Assembly: GCA_041498975.1 (NCBI GenBank)
Contig: JBGQJI010000015.1
Span: forward strand, 1 to 28,829
Origin: Candidatus Methylomirabilis sp.
GTDB lineage: Bacteria; Methylomirabilota; Methylomirabilia; Methylomirabilales; Methylomirabilaceae
Direction: 5' to 3'
Length of the DNA stretch: 28,829 bases
The notes under the pieces were generated by a model. It was not told the DNA's origin. It searched no databases and saw nothing but the letters and a program-made list of their open reading frames with translations. Both the position numbers and the translations under genes were made by a program. The first letter of the stretch is position 1; each line of letters opens with the position of its first letter. Below are positions 24,719-28,829 of the stretch, piece by piece.

Positions 24719-27505
24719 CTAATTGAAACCCTCGGACAGGGCACGCTCCAATGCAAGCCTGATTTGCTCTCTCCGCCCCTCATCCATCAGCTTGCTCCCG
24801 TCCTTGTTTGTGACGTAGAACACATCCACGACCTGCTCCGCCTCGGTGGTGATCTTTGCAGAGCGGATATCCACGCTGAATTCGGACAGCGTGCTGGAGA
24901 TGAGGTACAGGAGCCCAAGACGGTCCTGAGTCCGGATATCCAGCACGGAGTAGGCTTCGGAGACCAGATTGTCGAACTCCACCTTGGTGGGCAGCCCTGC
25001 GCCTTTCTGCGCGGGTCGGGCCAAGACATCCTTCCGACGGCTCTTGATCAGCTCACGAACATCGACTTTGCCCGCCAGCACGTCCCGCAAATCGGCAGTG
25101 AGCCGTTCCCAGAGCTGAGCGTCCTCGATGGCGGACCCTTTGCCGTCGTCCACTCTGAAGTGGCGGATCACCATGCCGCTGGCCAGCGTAAAGAGCTGGG
25201 CGCTGAGGATGTTCATTCCGTTCGCGGTCAGGGTCCCCACGATCTGGGCAAACCGCCCATGCCGGCCATAGGCGCAGACAGTGAACTCGGAGTAGCCGGC
25301 CAGTGGGAACGCCGCCCACTGGCCAGCGGCTTCTTCGCCCTGCTGCACCCGCTGTATCAATCGCAGGTGTGAGGCGATCTTGCCCAACGGGGTCCTCAGC
25401 AAGTACCTCGTGGGGGCTTCCTGAAGGTGCCGCTTGACGGCCTCCACGCCGAACTCAGGCGACAGCTCCTGGGTGAGCTGGGCTTTCACGCGCTCGGCCC
25501 GAGCTAGGTCATCCTCGCCCTCCGGAACCCCCCTGGTGAGGATGGTGTGGGTTTTGATGTAGAGCTCCCACAGCAACGTGCCTTTCCACTCGGTCCACAC
25601 GCCCGGGCCGACGGCCTTGATGTCGGCATAGGTGAGGAGATAGAGCATCTTCAATCGATCCAGCGTCTGCACCTGTCTGGCAAAGTCGATTACCATCGCC
25701 TCATCGTCCAGGTCCAAACGCTGGGCGATGTGAGACATCGCCAGATGATTCGCGACCAAAAAGCGGACATCGTCGGCATCCGGCGCCGGGATGCCCATCC
25801 TGGCCTGGATCGCATCGACCAGCGTGATCCCCTTCGCGACGTGACCGTGTCCCTCCCCTTTGCCGATGTCGTGAAGCAGTAGCGACAGTCGGAGGACCTC
25901 CAGTTTCTTGGCGTCCGACGCGATCGAGCGGAACTCCTCGCCGTAAAACCCGGAGACGTCATCGAGGTGTTCCAGGTTCTCGATGGCAAGGAAGGTGTGT
26001 TCATCAACGGTGTACTTATGGTAGAAATCGAACTGCACCAGGCAGGTCAGCTTGGCGAACTCCGGGATGTACGCGCCAAGCACTCCCAGCTCGTGCATGC
26101 TCCGAAACGTCGCAGCCACTCCCTTCGGTTCTCGAAGGATGGCCAGCAAGAACCCCAGGGCCCGGCTCGATCGTCTGACCGCATCATCGATGAGATGGAC
26201 ATCGCTCCTGATGCAGTCCTTGATCTCCGGGCTGAGCGCGTATCCCATCTGCCGCGCGTACCAGAAGACCTTCAGCAGCCGAACCGGGTCCTCCCGAAAG
26301 AGCCCACGGTTCTTGGGCAACACCTGAATCTGGCGGTCGATCTCCGTCAGATCATCCCCGATATCGCGAGCCTTCAGTTTATTCATGACCATCTCCACCT
26401 GAGACTTCCCTCGCGTGCAGCGCGAGATCAATTGCTCCGATAGGACCGAGATATCCTTTGCGGCCAGGTAATACCGTTGCATATAGTGCTCAACACCGTA
26501 GGACCGAGGGGTATCCGAGAACCCCAGGTTGGCTGCCACTTGCTCCTGGAGGGAAAGAGAGAGCACATCGTTCCTGCCGCGGCAGAGGTAATGCAGTTCA
26601 TTGCGCAAGCGGAGCATGAAATCCAGGGCGAGCTCCCAACGCTCCACCTCCTCCTGGCTGAGGAAGCCCCGTTGCGCCAGGTCGGACAGCGTGCCAGCCC
26701 GCTGGGTGACTCGGGCGATCCAGATGGCGGTGTGGAGGTCTCTCAGCCCCCCCGGACCCTCCTTGATGTTCGGCTCTTGCAGGTAGATGGATGGACCGTA
26801 CCGAAGGTGGCGTTCGCGCGATTCCTCAAGCTTGCGCTGGACGAAGGCGCCGGCCCGCTTGTAGAAGACCGACCGCTCCAACCTGGCACTGAACGTCTGG
26901 TAAAGCTCTGGTTGTCCGGCAAGATATCGAGCCTCCATCATGGACGTACGAGATGTCGTGTCCACCTCGGCCATTCGCACGCAGTCATCGATGGAGCGAC
27001 AGCTATGCCCCACGACGAAGCCGACATCCCAGAGGGTGCTCAAAACCGGATGCAAGATCGCATTCAAATAGGCATCGACCCGTCGGCCATAAAGGAACAT
27101 GAGATCCACGTCGGAGGCCGGATTCAGCTCCCTGCGGCCATAGCCCCCCAGCGCAATCAGTGCGCACCCTTCGCTGTTGCCCCGGGGGCCGGGATCACAA
27201 GCCGCATCCGCCAGCCCGAAGAGGGTGGTGACCACCGCGTCTGTCAGTGTGGTGATCTCGGTAACGACGTCCCGTCCGCTCCCGCCACGTCGATGGATGT
27301 CGAAAATCCTACCCTGCTCGTCGGCGATGAAGGCTCTGAGGGCTGAAACCAGACCGTCATCCGGCGAGAGGTCTTGCAGCACGGCCCCCAGGGCAGCGGT
27401 CAGCCGCTCCAGCTCGCCGGAAGAAGGCGCCTCCGTGGCCAGGGGGATTGAATCGGCGCGCCGGCGGAGCAGCTTAGCGAGGGGACCTGGAGTGGCGGGG
27501 CTCAT
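24719..27505 (-). CDS. glnD: [Protein-PII] uridylyltransferase/uridylyl-removing enzyme
   Basis: Probable ATG 27505 with GAGG upstream. NTase motif ALGGYGRRELNPASDVDL, EPNIKEGPGGLRD, HD domain (HKYTVDEH..LLHDIGK) and two C-terminal ACT domains. The ORF-track extension to 27646 is translated repeat. Confidence 0.96.
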   Translation of the reverse strand: MSPATPGPLAKLLRRRADSIPLATEAPSSGELERLTAALGAVLQDLSPDDGLVSALRAFIADEQGRIFDIHRRGGSGRDVVTEITTLTDAVVTTLFGLADAACDPGPRGNSEGCALIALGGYGRRELNPASDVDLMFLYGRRVDAYLNAILHPVLSTLWDVGFVVGHSCRSIDDCVRMAEVDTTSRTSMMEARYLAGQPELYQTFSARLERSVFYKRAGAFVQRKLEESRERHLRYGPSIYLQEPNIKEGPGGLRDLHTAIWIARVTQRAGTLSDLAQRGFLSQEEVERWELALDFMLRLRNELHYLCRGRNDVLSLSLQEQVAANLGFSDTPRSYGVEHYMQRYYLAAKDISVLSEQLISRCTRGKSQVEMVMNKLKARDIGDDLTEIDRQIQVLPKNRGLFREDPVRLLKVFWYARQMGYALSPEIKDCIRSDVHLIDDAVRRSSRALGFLLAILREPKGVAATFRSMHELGVLGAYIPEFAKLTCLVQFDFYHKYTVDEHTFLAIENLEHLDDVSGFYGEEFRSIASDAKKLEVLRLSLLLHDIGKGEGHGHVAKGITLVDAIQARMGIPAPDADDVRFLVANHLAMSHIAQRLDLDDEAMVIDFARQVQTLDRLKMLYLLTYADIKAVGPGVWTEWKGTLLWELYIKTHTILTRGVPEGEDDLARAERVKAQLTQELSPEFGVEAVKRHLQEAPTRYLLRTPLGKIASHLRLIQRVQQGEEAAGQWAAFPLAGYSEFTVCAYGRHGRFAQIVGTLTANGMNILSAQLFTLASGMVIRHFRVDDGKGSAIEDAQLWERLTADLRDVLAGKVDVRELIKSRRKDVLARPAQKGAGLPTKVEFDNLVSEAYSVLDIRTQDRLGLLYLISSTLSEFSVDIRSAKITTEAEQVVDVFYVTNKDGSKLMDEGRREQIRLALERALSEGFN

Positions 27506-27534
27506 ACCTGACCTCGTTGATAAAGGTGATAAGC

Positions 27535-27643
27535 GCCGAGTGCCGCTTCGCAACACCAGGTCCCAGGCTCCGAGTTCCGGGCCAAAACCTAACCCAAGCG
27601 CATGCTCAACTTGGAACCCGGAACCTGGCACCCGGCACTCGGC
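27535..27643. repeat. Inverted heptamer arrays in the glnD leader
   Basis: Terminal 11-bp inverted repeat GCCGAGTGCCG (27535-27545) / CGGCACTCGGC (27633-27643). Inner units ccaggt cccaggc tccgagt tccgggc face aacttgg aacccgg aacctgg cacccgg cactcgg. Confidence 0.85.
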
Positions 27644-27654
27644 CAAATCGAGTT

Positions 27655-27684
27655 AGTATAGGGGGGCCAGCCGAGCAGGGTCAA
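27655..27684 (-). promoter_or_regulatory. Putative sigma70 promoter of glnD
   Basis: Minus strand TTGACC-18 nt-TATACT. Confidence 0.65.
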
Positions 27685-27744
27685 GACCAATATGCGGGCA
27701 CGGCACGCGGCTCGGCGCCGGGAGTCCCTTTGCCCAGTTTTCCC

Positions 27745-27774
27745 TTGCCGACCTGCTCCCCGGTTCGTTATAGT
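27745..27774 (+). promoter_or_regulatory. Putative sigma70 promoter of the UbiD-family gene
   Basis: TTGCCG-18 nt-TATAGT, divergent from the glnD promoter. Confidence 0.6.
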
Positions 27775-27859
27775 GGCGGGAGATTTTGGACGGAGACAGA
27801 TCAACCCTGATGCTCCTGTTTGGGAAAAGTATCAAGCGACCAGGGAGCGACCACTGAGA

Positions 27860-27910
27860 AACCGAACCCGGGACCTGAAACCCGGAACTGCGCACTCGGA
27901 ACCCGGAACC
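27860..27910. repeat. Single-arm heptamer tandem array
   Basis: aacccgg gacctga aacccgg aactgcg cactcgg aacccgg aacc, ending 4 nt before the ATG at 27915. Confidence 0.85.
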
Positions 27911-27914
27911 TCTT

Positions 27915-28829
27915 ATGGCCTACGAAGACCTGCGCGACTTCATCTCCACCCTTGACGGCCGGGGACTACTGAAACGCATCACGGTCGAAGTGGATCCTGC
28001 CCTCGAAATCGCCGAGATCACCGATCGAGTCAGCAAGCGCCTCGGACCAGCCCTCCTCTTCGAGCGAGTGAAGGGTTCTTCGATGCCGCTGCTGATCAAC
28101 GCCTTCGGCACCGAGGAACGGGTCCGTCTGGCCCTCCAGGTCGCCTCGCTGGACGATCTGGCTAGCGACTTGGACGGCATCCTGGAAATGAAGACCCCGG
28201 AGGGGTTTCTCGAGAAGCTCCGGATGTTGCCCAGGCTCAAGGATTTCGCCAATTTTCTCCCGAAACGGGTGAAGGATGGTCCCTGCAAGGAAGTGATCGT
28301 TACAGGGGGCCCCTCCCTGGATCTCGTGCCCGCCATCAAGTGCTGGCCCCTGGACGGCGGCAAGTATATTACGCTCCCCCTGGTCTTCACCAAAGACCCG
28401 GAGACCGGCACGCGCAACTGCGGTTTCTACCGGATGCAGATCTTCGATGAGCGGACGGCCGGAATGCACTGGCACATCCATCATGGCGGCGCCGGACACT
28501 ACCGGAAAAACCGGCGGCTGGGTCGCCGCACCGAGGTCGCCGTCGCCCTGGGGCCAGACCCCGCGACCACCCTGTCGGCGGTCATGCCGGCACCCGAGGG
28601 GATCGACGAGATGCTGATCGCGGGCTTCCTGCGCAAGCGACCGGTGGAGCTGGTTCGCTGCGAGACGACGGACCTGGAAGTGCCCGCCAACGCCGAGATC
28701 GTGCTTGAAGGGTATGTCGAGCCAGACGAGGTGCGCCTGGAGGGGCCGTTCGGCGACCACACCGGCTTCTACTCCCTTCCCGACTACTACCCCGTCTTTC
28801 ACCTGACCGCCATCACCCACCGCAGGGAC
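27915..28829 (+). CDS. ubiD: UbiD-family (prFMN) decarboxylase, probably the menaquinone-biosynthesis type; runs off right edge
   Basis: Not in the ORF track. Manual translation gives MAYEDLRDFISTLDGRGLLKRITVEVDPALEIAEITDRVSK..GPALLFE..CWPLDGGKYITLP..RNCGFYRMQ..EIVLEGYV..EGPFGDHTGFYS. Confidence 0.93.
   Translation, partial: MAYEDLRDFISTLDGRGLLKRITVEVDPALEIAEITDRVSKRLGPALLFERVKGSSMPLLINAFGTEERVRLALQVASLDDLASDLDGILEMKTPEGFLEKLRMLPRLKDFANFLPKRVKDGPCKEVIVTGGPSLDLVPAIKCWPLDGGKYITLPLVFTKDPETGTRNCGFYRMQIFDERTAGMHWHIHHGGAGHYRKNRRLGRRTEVAVALGPDPATTLSAVMPAPEGIDEMLIAGFLRKRPVELVRCETTDLEVPANAEIVLEGYVEPDEVRLEGPFGDHTGFYSLPDYYPVFHLTAITHRRD

Noticed and set aside
27685..27860. Small RNA or small ORF in the glnD-ubiD intergenic region
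   Set aside because: The region is explained by two divergent sigma70-like promoters and a leader. There are no recognisable RNA-family motifs or convincing RBS-led ORF.

Overview
GC-rich bacterial chromosomal window, almost all coding and almost all on the minus strand. The gene style and synteny are Deltaproteobacteria-like; NC10/Methylomirabilota or Nitrospirota-like is a guess only. In transcription order (right to left) the genes are: glnD, aroE, then a type IVa pilus locus (pilB, pilT, pilC, pilS, pilR, an O-antigen-ligase/O-oligosaccharyltransferase-like Wzy_C+TPR gene, pilA, ABC ATPase, ABC permease, TPR protein, pilD, a second sensor kinase/sigma54 regulator pair). These are followed by a separately promoted GT2+GT4 glycosyltransferase pair, xerD, a tRNA nucleotidyltransferase, a site-2 protease and trpS (cut by the left edge). 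A UbiD-family decarboxylase runs divergently off the right edge. The most notable non-coding signals are: (i) two sigma54 promoters (pilA, and an internal one before pilT), each with TGACA-N5-TGTCA-like sites nearby; (ii) a small REP-like hairpin family with co-varying flanks, one copy of which appears to be a 24-bp in-frame insertion in pilS; (iii) three heptamer-repeat arrays in leader or intergenic regions. I see no CRISPR array, rRNA, tRNA or transposase. I cannot show a wholly new system. The best candidates are a pilin glycosylation module embedded in the pil locus and the coding-sequence-invading repeat.
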